Source of the DNA: an uncultured Brevinematales bacterium
GTDB lineage: Bacteria > Spirochaetota > Brevinematia > Brevinematales > CAZQBT01
Assembly (NCBI GenBank): GCA_964591955.1
Contig: CAZQBT010000002.1
Span: 7,669 to 71,668, forward strand
DNA: 64,000 nt
Reading direction: 5' to 3'
Shown here piece after piece: positions 55,690-64,000 of this stretch (position 1 is the stretch's first letter; every line of letters starts with the position of its first letter). Made by a program: the position numbers and the translations under genes. Under the pieces are notes generated by a model, which was not told where the DNA came from, searched no databases, and saw nothing but the letters and a program-made list of their open reading frames with translations.

Positions 55690-57163
55690 TGTAATACCTC
55701 AACGTTTTTTTGTATTTGTCATAATCGGTTATGACAGTCAAAGATTTGGACAGTTGATTATCGAACTCAAGGTCATAAAGTTTGGGCATTTCCGCCTCGC
55801 GGATTTTGTTGATAACCAACCATCGGACAGCACTTATAGGAAGTTCGTATCCTTTATCGGAAAGTTCCTTTTGAAACCGGGAAAGCATAGTATCGGAGGG
55901 CATTTTCTTATCTTTGACGAACTCGCTTACAAAATTAGTGTTTTGCACTTTAAAGAGACTTACTCTTTCTTTTTCGCTGAGTTCTTCAATCCAATTTTTA
56001 ACCTCAATATCAGGCTCTACGCCTTTACGTTCTATAACTGCGCCTGACGGGGTATAGTAATTTGCGACCGTATATTTTATAAGAGAGCCGTCTTCAACGA
56101 AAGAGTAGGTTTTTTGAACAGACCCCTTTCCGAAACTTTTCATACCTATAACGACTCCGCGTCCCGTGTCTTTCATAGCGCCTGAGAAAATCTCCGAAGC
56201 GCTCGCGCTTCCCTGATTAATCATCACAACAAGCGGCAAATCGGCAGGGACTATTGTATTTCGCTTGTTTGCATAATAATCCGCGTTGTTTTCCTGCAAC
56301 CTTCCGCGAGTATATACTATTAAACCTTCTTCTAAAAAATCATCCACGCAGTTTATTACCACGCTCAGAAGTCCGCCGGGGTTATGTCGCAAATCTATAA
56401 TAATCCCGTCGGGATTTTTATTGAGCATGTCGCGAAGATGCTTGGCGAAATCATCGGCGGTAGGCATACTAAATTCACTAATTCTTATGTAAGCGATTTT
56501 TTTATTTTGATACTGTATTATGTCGGAGCGGACTGTTTGTATAGTGATTTCCTCGCGGGTTATTGTTACCTCAAAAGGTTCCATAGATTCGCGGGCAATA
56601 GTGATTGTAACCTTTGTGCCGGGAGCTCCTCGAAGTATTGTAACGGCTTCCTCTGTGGTAATCCCCTTAGTGGATTTTCCTTCTATTTCTATTATTTTAT
56701 CGTTGGGTTTCAATCCTACCCGCCATGCGGGGGTGTTTTCCATAGGTGAAATTACCGTCAGCCACCCGTCACGCACATCTATCCTGATACCCAATCCCCC
56801 GAATTTTGCATCCATATCAACTTTAAACTCTTTCGTTACCGACGGGTCCATAAAAGTTGTGTAAGGGTCGTTGAGACTTTCAAGCATACCCCGTATTGCA
56901 CCGTAAAAAAGCTTTCGAGCGGTTACTCTTCTTCGGTCGTAGAATTCACGTTTAAGTATATGGTAAGTTTCACTAAACATTCTTGAATATTTAAAATAAT
57001 TTTCCTCTTCGGGGTCGATAGGACTGTCCGTATTGGTGGAATTGGTTGAACTGAAAAGAAAATTTCCGGTAAAGAAAAACTTATTGGTTGTAATCAGTGT
57101 AACCCCGAATAGAATGAGCGTAACTAATATAAATAAGATATATTTTTTCTTTCCCTGATTCAT
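55673..57163 (-). CDS. carboxyl-terminal processing protease (S41 family, PDZ domain)
   Basis: 496-aa ORF with a signal/anchor peptide, a PDZ domain (GLGIRI..GLKPNDKIIEIEG), the catalytic Ser block NQGSASASEIFSGA, and the downstream K. Confidence 0.9.
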   Translation of the reverse strand: MNQGKKKYILFILVTLILFGVTLITTNKFFFTGNFLFSSTNSTNTDSPIDPEEENYFKYSRMFSETYHILKREFYDRRRVTARKLFYGAIRGMLESLNDPYTTFMDPSVTKEFKVDMDAKFGGLGIRIDVRDGWLTVISPMENTPAWRVGLKPNDKIIEIEGKSTKGITTEEAVTILRGAPGTKVTITIARESMEPFEVTITREEITIQTVRSDIIQYQNKKIAYIRISEFSMPTADDFAKHLRDMLNKNPDGIIIDLRHNPGGLLSVVINCVDDFLEEGLIVYTRGRLQENNADYYANKRNTIVPADLPLVVMINQGSASASEIFSGAMKDTGRGVVIGMKSFGKGSVQKTYSFVEDGSLIKYTVANYYTPSGAVIERKGVEPDIEVKNWIEELSEKERVSLFKVQNTNFVSEFVKDKKMPSDTMLSRFQKELSDKGYELPISAVRWLVINKIREAEMPKLYDLEFDNQLSKSLTVITDYDKYKKTLRYYNAAKN

Positions 57164-57335
57164 TATAATACTCCCTCATTAATATATAATGTATATTATA
57201 AGCCATAATAGCTTAGAATACAAAGTTTTTGGTAATAAAATTTGCGAAAACCTCTTTTTTTTTAGTTTTGGGTTTTGTATTGGACAAATAACGATAAATA
57301 TATTAAAATAGGCAAATCAATTAAGAGGAGAAAAA

Positions 57336-57536
57336 GTGATGAACGGTCTTTATCTGCATTGCAGCTTGCAGAAATGTAATATTGACGGTTCCAAAGAAAT
57401 GAGTATAGACAGATGTATTTTGAGAAACAATACCCCATGCTATTATTTGCTGATTAAAGAAACCTCGGTTGCGCCGGAGGATGAGGCGTGGCGGAAGTTT
57501 GACCGGTTTGTCGGGAAAAGCAAAAGCTCAAAATGA
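57336..57536 (+). CDS. hypothetical 66-aa protein, translationally coupled to pgeF
   Basis: AGAGGAG lies 5-8 nt upstream of GTG 57336 / ATG 57339. The stop overlaps the pgeF start in ATGA (57533-57536). It has four Cys (C-x4-C-x12-C-x7-C). No family is recognised. Confidence 0.45.
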   Translation: MMNGLYLHCSLQKCNIDGSKEMSIDRCILRNNTPCYYLLIKETSVAPEDEAWRKFDRFVGKSKSSK

Positions 57537-58324
57537 CTTTTAATATAAATTTTGAATTTAAAAGCAATTTTTTCTTGTATTCGGGCGCCAACGATGGTAA
57601 ATTAATCTTAGGTTCGACTTTTAAGCCTTCTGCCGGTGAGTGCGGCAATATGGAATGCAACAATTATGCTTTGCACACCGCTATATCCGATGATACTAAG
57701 GAAATATATAGTCGAAGGAAGAGACTTGCGAAACAATTAGGCTTCCTTGATTTGATTACGCTAAAGCAGGTTCATTCCGATAAGATATTTGTTGCCGACA
57801 GCCGTAACATAGAGGATTTTGTTCAAAACCCAATGGTAGAGGGCGACGGTATTATTAGTAACGTTGAGGGCTATTTATTCGGCGTATTGACTGCGGACTG
57901 TGTGCCTCTTTTGGTTTTTCCGCTAAGCGAAGGGGTTTCTTTTGTCGGCGCGGTTCATGCGGGATGGCGCGGCGTTAAGAGTAAAATCCATATTAAAGCG
58001 GTAAACCTGATTGAAAAAACCTATGGTGCCGATAAGAAAAATATCGGTGTGATTATAGGTCCTCATATAGGAAAGTGTTGTTATGAGGTCGGCGGTGAGT
58101 TTTGCGATACTTTTAAGTCGCAGTGCTTTTTATGTAATGAAAAGTATTTTTTGGATTTAGAGAGTGTTGTAAGCGATGAGTTGGAGGCTTTCGGCATTAA
58201 GGGAAAAAATATTTTCCGATGCGGGCTTTGTAGTAAATGTAGTGTAACCCCGGAGTTTTATTCATACCGCAACGGGGATTATGTCAACAGGAATTTGAAT
58301 TTTATCGGAATAAAAAGAAATTAG
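57533..58324 (+). CDS. pgeF: peptidoglycan editing factor PgeF / YfiH (DUF152) family protein
   Basis: Blocks KQVHSDKIFV, DGIISN..GVLTADCVPLL, AVHAGWRGV, CCYEV. Confidence 0.88.
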   Translation: MTFNINFEFKSNFFLYSGANDGKLILGSTFKPSAGECGNMECNNYALHTAISDDTKEIYSRRKRLAKQLGFLDLITLKQVHSDKIFVADSRNIEDFVQNPMVEGDGIISNVEGYLFGVLTADCVPLLVFPLSEGVSFVGAVHAGWRGVKSKIHIKAVNLIEKTYGADKKNIGVIIGPHIGKCCYEVGGEFCDTFKSQCFLCNEKYFLDLESVVSDELEAFGIKGKNIFRCGLCSKCSVTPEFYSYRNGDYVNRNLNFIGIKRN

Positions 58325-58327
58325 GGA

Positions 58328-58358
58328 TTGACAATTTTTTTTTATTCTTTAGTATATA
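58328..58358 (+). promoter_or_regulatory. putative sigma70-type promoter (TTGACA, weak/ambiguous -10 in AGTATATATAAA)
   Basis: TTGACA at 58328-58333. A T9 run sits in the spacer. Candidate -10 hexamers lie at 17-19 nt spacing. Confidence 0.4.
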
Positions 58359-58389
58359 TAAATTAAACTTATGTGTTTGCGGAGATTTT

Positions 58390-58947
58390 ATGCAAATTTT
58401 GAAGAACGCAAAATCGGCTGTTATAGCGATTTCTATTATTGTTTTTACATCGGTATCTTTGTTTTCTAAGATTGATAGAGATTATCAAAGTTGGGAAATT
58501 ATGCGCCGTAAAGGTGATACCGTTTATATTCGTTTCCAGATAAATATTCCTTTTACAATGGAGTATCTTCTTAACCGAAAATCGGAGTTGGAAGAGATTT
58601 TAGCGACCCTTGAGGATGATGAAAAAAGGCAGGTTTATGCTCAAGCGCTTAGAATAACCGAATATAACATATCGCGTATGCAGTCGGGCAAGACGGTTAA
58701 AAATGTATGGATAATCGGGAGTTTTAATGATTGGAAAGTTACAAACAGTAGATTTCCCAATGAGCTTGAACCCGTAAAAGAAAATCCATCGACTTATTAC
58801 ACCAAGACTCTTATTCCGTTTGTAATTGGAGAATCGGAGTATAAATTTGTGATTAATTACGGCATTTTGACTAATCAGCGAGGCGAGGTGATTAATGATT
58901 ATGTGATTGTTGATGACCCCACGGTAGCAAGAGATGCCGGCAAATAG
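58390..58947 (+). CDS. secreted protein, unknown N-domain + CBM48/AMPK-beta-GBD-like module (paralogue 1)
   Basis: 185 aa with a GGAG RBS and a signal peptide. The C-half (VWIIGSFNDWK..STYYTKTLIPF..YKFVINYG..VDDP) matches the GSFNNW..YKF..DP hallmark of E-set glycogen-binding modules. Confidence 0.6.
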   Translation: MQILKNAKSAVIAISIIVFTSVSLFSKIDRDYQSWEIMRRKGDTVYIRFQINIPFTMEYLLNRKSELEEILATLEDDEKRQVYAQALRITEYNISRMQSGKTVKNVWIIGSFNDWKVTNSRFPNELEPVKENPSTYYTKTLIPFVIGESEYKFVINYGILTNQRGEVINDYVIVDDPTVARDAGK

Positions 58948-58977
58948 AAGAAATAAATCTATTAGGAGGTTCCATAA

Positions 58978-59586
58978 ATGAAAGCAAGAACTTTAGCAAT
59001 TGCAATTTTGGCAATTTTTCTTATTACCCCCGCGCTTTCCGCTCAACTTGATAAGAATTATAAGAGTTATGAGTTGATGCAGGAAAAAACGGAAGGCGGG
59101 AGAACTATCGGGTATTACCGTTTCAGACTCAATATCCCTCTTGCCATGGAGTATATGAGAGAGAGACTAAAATGGTCGCAGGAGATGGCGGAAAAAAGCA
59201 AAGGAACTGAATATTATACTGCTTATACTAATAATATAGGCTATTACAGAGACAATTTGGCAAAAATGACATCAGGCAAAGAACTTAAAGGCGTTAGAAT
59301 GTTCGGGGATTTCAATAGCTGGTATCAACAGGCTTTGGGAGATAATGTCTATGAACTTATTCCCTCACGTGCAAATCCTCAAACTTACTACACCCAAAAA
59401 CTTGTTCCTTTCCGCAAATATCGCTCTCCGCGTAATAACCGTTATAAGTTTATACTTGACTACGGCGAGATAAAGCTTGCCGATGGTTCGGTTACGGATA
59501 ATTTTGCTTACGTGGAAGACCCTCTTTCCGGTGATAACAAGGGAGATGACGGATTTGGCGGGTTTAACAGTTTCTTTACTTACTAA
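58978..59586 (+). CDS. secreted protein, unknown N-domain + CBM48/AMPK-beta-GBD-like module (paralogue 2)
   Basis: 202 aa with an AGGAGG RBS and signal peptide ..ITPALSA. It is collinear with the upstream ORF (YRFRLNIPLAMEYM, RMFGDFNSW, NPQTYYTQKLVPF, YKFILDYG, VEDP). Confidence 0.6.
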   Translation: MKARTLAIAILAIFLITPALSAQLDKNYKSYELMQEKTEGGRTIGYYRFRLNIPLAMEYMRERLKWSQEMAEKSKGTEYYTAYTNNIGYYRDNLAKMTSGKELKGVRMFGDFNSWYQQALGDNVYELIPSRANPQTYYTQKLVPFRKYRSPRNNRYKFILDYGEIKLADGSVTDNFAYVEDPLSGDNKGDDGFGGFNSFFTY

Positions 59587-59616
59587 CGGAAGCTATTTCT
59601 TTTTTTCAGATAAAAT

Positions 59617-59648
59617 AGGGGCTTTGGAGGCAAGGCCCCTGTTTTTTT
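59617..59648 (+). terminator. rho-independent terminator
   Basis: Stem AGGGGCTTT/AAGGCCCCT (9 bp including one G-U) with a 6-nt loop, followed by G-T7. Confidence 0.8.
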
Positions 59649-59667
59649 AAAAATAACAAAATTTCGC

Positions 59668-59696
59668 TTGCCATATTGTGTTTTTTAAGCTAAAAT
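59668..59696 (+). promoter_or_regulatory. sigma70-type promoter (TTGCCA-17-TAAAAT)
   Basis: TTGCCA at 59668-59673, a 17-nt spacer and TAAAAT at 59691-59696. The TSS is predicted near 59703, which rules out the ORF-track start at 59700. Confidence 0.55.
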
Positions 59697-59765
59697 AATA
59701 TGGAAATTGGGTTTGAGGGGCAAATTTTAGTTTTCCGATTTTTCGGAAAGGGTGGTTCTATAAAA

Positions 59766-60107
59766 ATGAATAAACTTGAGCTGATTGAAAAGGACGACAT
59801 CTCAATAATTCGGCCTCATGGAGAAATGACTTTTTTCTTTCTTGAAGAGTTGGACGAATTCATCAAAGATAAGGTTAAAGATAATTACTTTAAGTTTATA
59901 TATGATATGGAAGATGTGAGTTGGATTGATTCTATGGGTTTAGGGTTGCTTGCCGTATCCGTTAAGGTTGCGCTTATCAATAATTCCCGCATTTGTATCG
60001 TTAAGCCTCGCGATAATATTATTGAACTTCTCCGCTTGAGTTCTCTTATCGATTTAGTTGTTTTTCAAAAGACTGTTGATAATGCCGTGGATTTCTTTAA
60101 AAACTGA
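59766..60107 (+). CDS. STAS-domain anti-sigma-factor antagonist (SpoIIAA/RsbV-like)
   Basis: 113 aa from the ATG at 59766. The block DMEDVSWIDSMGLGLL contains the conserved phosphorylatable Ser context (DS.GLG). Confidence 0.75.
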   Translation: MNKLELIEKDDISIIRPHGEMTFFFLEELDEFIKDKVKDNYFKFIYDMEDVSWIDSMGLGLLAVSVKVALINNSRICIVKPRDNIIELLRLSSLIDLVVFQKTVDNAVDFFKN

Positions 60108-60128
60108 AGTTTCTAAGAGGCGCGCCGA

Positions 60129-60908
60129 ATGAAAAAGTCTTTTTATTTAGATGCGGTTTTATATCTGTTTATAACTATCGGTGTTATCGGGGTAGCGCCG
60201 ATTTTTGTTTTTAGTTCCTATCTTTGGATTCTTCCTGTATTGCAGGTTGTTTTTTTAATCCCGTTATTAATTAAAAAATCAAAGCTTTGGTATTCCGCGC
60301 TTTTCTTTGTTCTTTTGTTCCTGTTTTTTATGTTGACCTCGCGTTTGAATTTCGCTTTATTTGCATCCATTCTTGCCTTTATTATATATTTATTAGGTGC
60401 GCTTATTTTTAAAACTTTGAGAAAAGAGATTTTATGGCTTAAAAAAGGTTTGTTGAATAAAAATATTGCGATGCTTATTGTCGGGGCAGTCGTTATAAGC
60501 ACCACAGGGTTGCTGATTTGGGCATATTTTTCAAGGCACACTTTTAGTTTTTACCTGACCTATGTTCCCGAATGGCGACCCGGTTTCCTTATAATCGGAG
60601 CTGTTGCGTTTGCCGTTGTAAACGCTATTAGCGAGGAATTGGTATTCAGAGGTATATTCTGGGACGGGCTTGAAAAAATTTGGAAAAATCCTGTCTTTGT
60701 TATATCGGTTCAGGCGGTTTTTTTCGGGCTTTGCCATTACAGGGGGTTTCCAAGCGGAGTTTCGGGGATATTTCTTTCTTTCGGCTATGGTATGATTTTA
60801 GGATTTATTCGCCATAAATCTAAAGGACTTTTAGCGCCCGTGATTGCTCATTTTTTCGCCGATATTGTTATTGCAATTGTTTTGCTGAAATATTTCAATT
60901 TTATATAG
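60129..60908 (+). CDS. CPBP family intramembrane glutamic endopeptidase (CAAX protease-like)
   Basis: Polytopic membrane protein with the three CPBP motifs: SEELVFRG, FFGLCHY, HFFAD. Confidence 0.82.
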   Translation: MKKSFYLDAVLYLFITIGVIGVAPIFVFSSYLWILPVLQVVFLIPLLIKKSKLWYSALFFVLLFLFFMLTSRLNFALFASILAFIIYLLGALIFKTLRKEILWLKKGLLNKNIAMLIVGAVVISTTGLLIWAYFSRHTFSFYLTYVPEWRPGFLIIGAVAFAVVNAISEELVFRGIFWDGLEKIWKNPVFVISVQAVFFGLCHYRGFPSGVSGIFLSFGYGMILGFIRHKSKGLLAPVIAHFFADIVIAIVLLKYFNFI

Positions 60909-60978
60909 CTATAAACTTTATCCCATCTTTTTTTTGATGTATAATTAACGTGTCTCAATTTTTTTTCAGGGGATATTT

Positions 60979-61527
60979 TTGGCAAAGAAACAGAAACGCA
61001 AAAAAGAAAAAAAATCCGGCAAATGGCGTAATGCCGACCCCGGTTTTATTCGTTTGTTATCCAAAGGAAGACATAATAGAATTACCGGATTAATGAAATT
61101 GCTTACGCGTATAGGAGACGGATGGTTTTGGCTTGTTCTTACTATTATTTTTTTGTTTATAGAAATTTATGCGGGGATGGCTTTCGGTTTTGCTTTGATT
61201 ATCCAGATAGGTTTGCAAATTGCACTGAAACGTATTTTCTCGCGTGACAGACCTTATATAAAGCACGAGGATATTACGAATCTTATGATACCTCCCGATA
61301 AATTTTCTTTTCCATCCGGGCATACGGCGGGAGCTTTTGCCGTAGCTTTTGTGTTGTGGTTTTTTTATCCGGTTTTGTTTATTCCCGGCTTGATTCTCGC
61401 TATTTTGATAGGTATTTCGCGGATGTATCTTGGGCTTCATTATCCATCCGATGTGCTTGCCGGAGTTTTACTCGGATTTCTCAGCGCGAGACTTGCCGTT
61501 TTCTTTGTTTTGCTTATTGAACTTTAA
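60979..61527 (+). CDS. PAP2 family phosphatase (undecaprenyl-diphosphatase/lipid phosphatase type)
   Basis: The tripartite PAP2 motif is present: KRIFSRDRP, PSGHT, SRMYLGLHYPSD. TTG start at 60979 (AGGGGA upstream). Confidence 0.82.
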   Translation: MAKKQKRKKEKKSGKWRNADPGFIRLLSKGRHNRITGLMKLLTRIGDGWFWLVLTIIFLFIEIYAGMAFGFALIIQIGLQIALKRIFSRDRPYIKHEDITNLMIPPDKFSFPSGHTAGAFAVAFVLWFFYPVLFIPGLILAILIGISRMYLGLHYPSDVLAGVLLGFLSARLAVFFVLLIEL

Positions 61528-61547
61528 TTTTCAAACTTGGCGGTTTT

Positions 61548-63245
61548 ATGATTAAAAATGACGTTTTAAATCATCTTGCAATTTCGGATAAGAGACTTGT
61601 TCGTTCAAAAGACGGCTCATTTACCATCTCAATCGACGATGTTTTTCTGCACAGTAAATATTCTCCCGTTAAGGAAGCAAGAAGGCTTGTCGAGGATATT
61701 ATTTCTCTTGACCCCGCCAAGACTTTTGTTATAGTTCTCGGCGCGGGGTTGGGGTATCATATTGAGGAGCTTGAGAAAGCGGGGTTTCATAATATCCTCG
61801 TTATTGAGCGAAATATCGGGGCTTTTGAGATTTTTTCCAAAATCTTTGACTGCTCGCAGATTCCTTTTATTGTTTCTCCTGATAAGCCCGTTGAGTTTAT
61901 TGATTCCGTTTTTTCCAATCTGAAAATCGAAAATTTCAAAGACATTAAGACAATTATGCTGCGCGGAGGGTATTTATCGGATATATATTCTCCGTTAGAG
62001 GAGCGAATAAAGCGTATTGTAAAAGTCAAACTCGGCGATTTTACTACCCGTCTCAAATTTGAAGAGGTTTGGTTTATTAATATACTTGCCAATATAAAAA
62101 ACTTGCGAAACTCTTATACCGTAAAATCCTTAATTGACGGCAACAGAACATCGGGATGCCCCGTTTTGGTAATATCGGCGGGTCCCTCGCTTAAATTTTC
62201 TATTGAGACTATACGCAGTATTTCGGATTATGCCGTTACGATTGCCGTTGATACGGCGGTTATGCCGTTGTTTGAGGCGGGTATAATACCGGATTTCGTT
62301 TTCTCATTGGATTCACAGCCCCACAATATACCGGATTTTTCAATGATAGACCGTGATTATTTATCCCGGATTACGCTGGTTTATGATACGGTGGTAAACC
62401 CGAAACTCCCGTTTTATTTTCCCGGAAGAAAAATTATATCAAACACCTCCCATTTGGATTTCGATTACAAAGGGAATCCTTTTGTTATGAAAAGCGGGCT
62501 TGTCGAATGGATTGAACATACCGGCAATTTTACAATAGGCGACATAGAAACGGGCGGGTCGGTTGCAACCTCGGCGTTTCATCTGGCGTATCTCTTAGGA
62601 GGAGACCCTGTAATCCTGATAGGACAGGACCTTGCTTATTCATATAAGGTTTCGCATTCCCCCTCAACTCCTCATTTTTACCGGGTTCTCGGTATGGTTG
62701 ACCGTTTGGTAACTATCGAGTCTTTGTTTTTATCCGTTTTGCTGTCGAGACGGGCTTTCCCGACAAAAGGTATTGATGGAGAGATTTACACGGATTTTGT
62801 TTTGGATAATTTCAGGGGATGGTTTGACGAGTCTGCGCGAAGTATCGCAAAAATAGACAATAAAGAAAAACTTATCAACGCATCTCTAAACGGGGCAGAA
62901 ATTTCCAATTTTAAGTCCGTTTCTCATAGCGAACTTATTAATACCCTTTCTAAACGGTCTAAAATAGACAAATCTAAATTATTTCTCGGCTTAAAGTTGA
63001 TAGACTCGTTAAATGTTGATAAACTAATATATAACTTAAAAAATCTGGGTTGCTTTGTCGATAATCTTGGTGTTGTCCCTTCGGTTTTTGACAAAATCGA
63101 AAAGTCGGAATTCGGTTTTTTAAACCGTTATTTTATGAAGGAACAGATGGTATTTGAACGTTACGCGAGTTTCGATGAATTAAATTTTAAGAGGAAGGTG
63201 CGACGGCTTCTTAAAAATATTTTCGGAGTAATCGATGGGGACTAA
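61548..63245 (+). CDS. motility-accessory-factor (Maf) / DUF115 (MptE-like) family protein
   Basis: 565-aa ORF. The central block PVLVISAGPSL..AVTIAVDTAV.PL..GIIPDFVFSLD matches the Maf/DUF115 core seen in flagellin glycosylation loci. Confidence 0.65.
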   Translation: MIKNDVLNHLAISDKRLVRSKDGSFTISIDDVFLHSKYSPVKEARRLVEDIISLDPAKTFVIVLGAGLGYHIEELEKAGFHNILVIERNIGAFEIFSKIFDCSQIPFIVSPDKPVEFIDSVFSNLKIENFKDIKTIMLRGGYLSDIYSPLEERIKRIVKVKLGDFTTRLKFEEVWFINILANIKNLRNSYTVKSLIDGNRTSGCPVLVISAGPSLKFSIETIRSISDYAVTIAVDTAVMPLFEAGIIPDFVFSLDSQPHNIPDFSMIDRDYLSRITLVYDTVVNPKLPFYFPGRKIISNTSHLDFDYKGNPFVMKSGLVEWIEHTGNFTIGDIETGGSVATSAFHLAYLLGGDPVILIGQDLAYSYKVSHSPSTPHFYRVLGMVDRLVTIESLFLSVLLSRRAFPTKGIDGEIYTDFVLDNFRGWFDESARSIAKIDNKEKLINASLNGAEISNFKSVSHSELINTLSKRSKIDKSKLFLGLKLIDSLNVDKLIYNLKNLGCFVDNLGVVPSVFDKIEKSEFGFLNRYFMKEQMVFERYASFDELNFKRKVRRLLKNIFGVIDGD

Positions 63246-64000
63246 CAGATTGCCTAAGGAAGATTCTCTTATTGACGAAATTGAAGAAGACGTGTATGTG
63301 ATTTATGGGAAAGCGCCGAGTTCTCATGTTTATCTCGTTAAGGGCGCGTTTAAAAACGTGCTTATTGATACGGGGATAAAGGGCAATTTTCCGCGGGTTG
63401 TCGAGGGGCTTGCCAAGGTAGGGCTTAAGGTTAAAGAAATTGACATTGTTATATCAACCCATGAGCATTTTGACCATATCGGCGGAAATATTTTCTTCAA
63501 CGAGACTGCCGTTACCGCAGCGCATCGTTTTGCCGCTACTAAAGTTGAGCTTCAGGATGAGTTTGTCGTTCATTCGGCTATCCACGGTGAGGAGATTATT
63601 AAGACCAAATTCCATCTTTGGCTCGAAAACCGCACTCTCTTTGATTTGGGAAACTACAAGCTGAAAATTTTCCATACCCCGGGGCATACGTCGGGATGTA
63701 TCTGTATTATGGAGCCTTTCAAAGGGTTTATGTTTACCGGGGATACTATTTTTGACGGCGGTGTTATTTCCAAGATTTCCGAATCGGGCAGTTACGGGGA
63801 TTATATCAATTCGCTTGAACGTATGTTTACTATGAAAGTTACCCGTATATTCCCCGGACACGGCAGGATGTGCAATAACCCCGATGAATCCCTTAAAGAG
63901 GCTATTCATCGCGCAAAGAAAAAACTCAGCGATTATAAAGAGGAGCTTCTGAGCCGTATTAATACAAAAGATGCGGTTCATCACTGGAAAGAGCAGGAGG
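63235..64000 (+). CDS. MBL-fold metallo-hydrolase (3'-truncated by window end)
   Basis: Not in the ORF track because no stop lies within the window. My translation from the ATG at 63235 gives MGTNRLPKEDS..VLIDTG..STHEHFDHIGG..HTPGHTSG..FTGD..PGHG. It overlaps the Maf stop by 11 nt. Confidence 0.8.
   Translation, partial: MGTNRLPKEDSLIDEIEEDVYVIYGKAPSSHVYLVKGAFKNVLIDTGIKGNFPRVVEGLAKVGLKVKEIDIVISTHEHFDHIGGNIFFNETAVTAAHRFAATKVELQDEFVVHSAIHGEEIIKTKFHLWLENRTLFDLGNYKLKIFHTPGHTSGCICIMEPFKGFMFTGDTIFDGGVISKISESGSYGDYINSLERMFTMKVTRIFPGHGRMCNNPDESLKEAIHRAKKKLSDYKEELLSRINTKDAVHHWKEQE

Noticed and set aside
54911-56047. 378-aa + strand ORF, one of the longest in the track
   Set aside because: It lies entirely antisense to deoC and the S41 protease, both of which have unambiguous motifs. 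Its product is Ser/Leu/Phe-rich low-complexity sequence of the kind produced by the reverse frame of a real gene. It has no RBS.
58335-58343. T8-T9 homopolymer runs in promoter spacers or intergenic regions (58335-58343, 17788-17796, 57255-57263, 60928-60935) as phase-variation switches
   Set aside because: Such runs are common in every AT-rich intergenic region of this window. They are at the lower limit for slipped-strand switching, and there is no supporting evidence.
1-64000. CRISPR arrays, IS elements, integrases, prophage, toxin-antitoxin or known defence-system genes; alternative genetic code or recoding
   Set aside because: I noticed no direct-repeat/spacer architecture, transposase, recombinase, nuclease-helicase or ATPase modules by eye. 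Long uninterrupted ORFs ending in TAA, TAG and TGA fit the standard bacterial code. No same-frame ORF pairs split by a single stop suggest selenocysteine or pseudogenes.

Overview
This 64-kb window is a compact, mostly coding, moderately AT-rich bacterial chromosome segment. I call about 64 protein genes and one tRNA-Leu(GAG). I see no rRNA, CRISPR array, transposase, integrase, phage gene or recognisable defence gene. Most content is core housekeeping: nrdJ, rho, ribBA, tsaC/sua5, glyQ, icd, clpP-clpX-lon, rex, alr, nrnA, rimP-nusA-infB-rbfA, a long acyl-CoA dehydrogenase with etfBA, trxA, lptB, accD, deoC, an S41 protease and pgeF. The gene content suggests an anaerobic, diderm, flagellated organism, based on LptB, a WaaL-like protein, OMP-type C-termini, class II RNR, Rex, a bifurcating-type EtfB, and FlhB-like, Maf, HD-GYP and PilZ proteins. 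I cannot assign taxonomy from the sequence. Several intergenic regions carry near-exact TTGACA-17-TATAAT promoters, which helped correct ORF-track starts for etfA, rex, rbfA, glyQ, mscS, the STAS protein and the DUF3795 protein. I do not see a clear-cut new multi-gene system of the defence or mobile-element kind. The best candidates for something undescribed are: (1) a consensus promoter running straight into an intrinsic terminator 13 nt before rimP, a candidate NusA-operon attenuator; (2) a tandem pair of secreted paralogues with an unknown N-domain fused to a CBM48-like module; (3) a run of five family-less envelope genes at 19.9-25.5 kb that includes a visibly AT-richer two-gene cassette and a toxin-less YD-repeat protein; (4) a FliK-like/FlhB-CTD-like/HD-GYP/YraN/70-aa operon; (5) a STAS-CPBP-PAP2-Maf-MBL gene string. 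All functional calls rest on motif recognition by eye. No database search was run.
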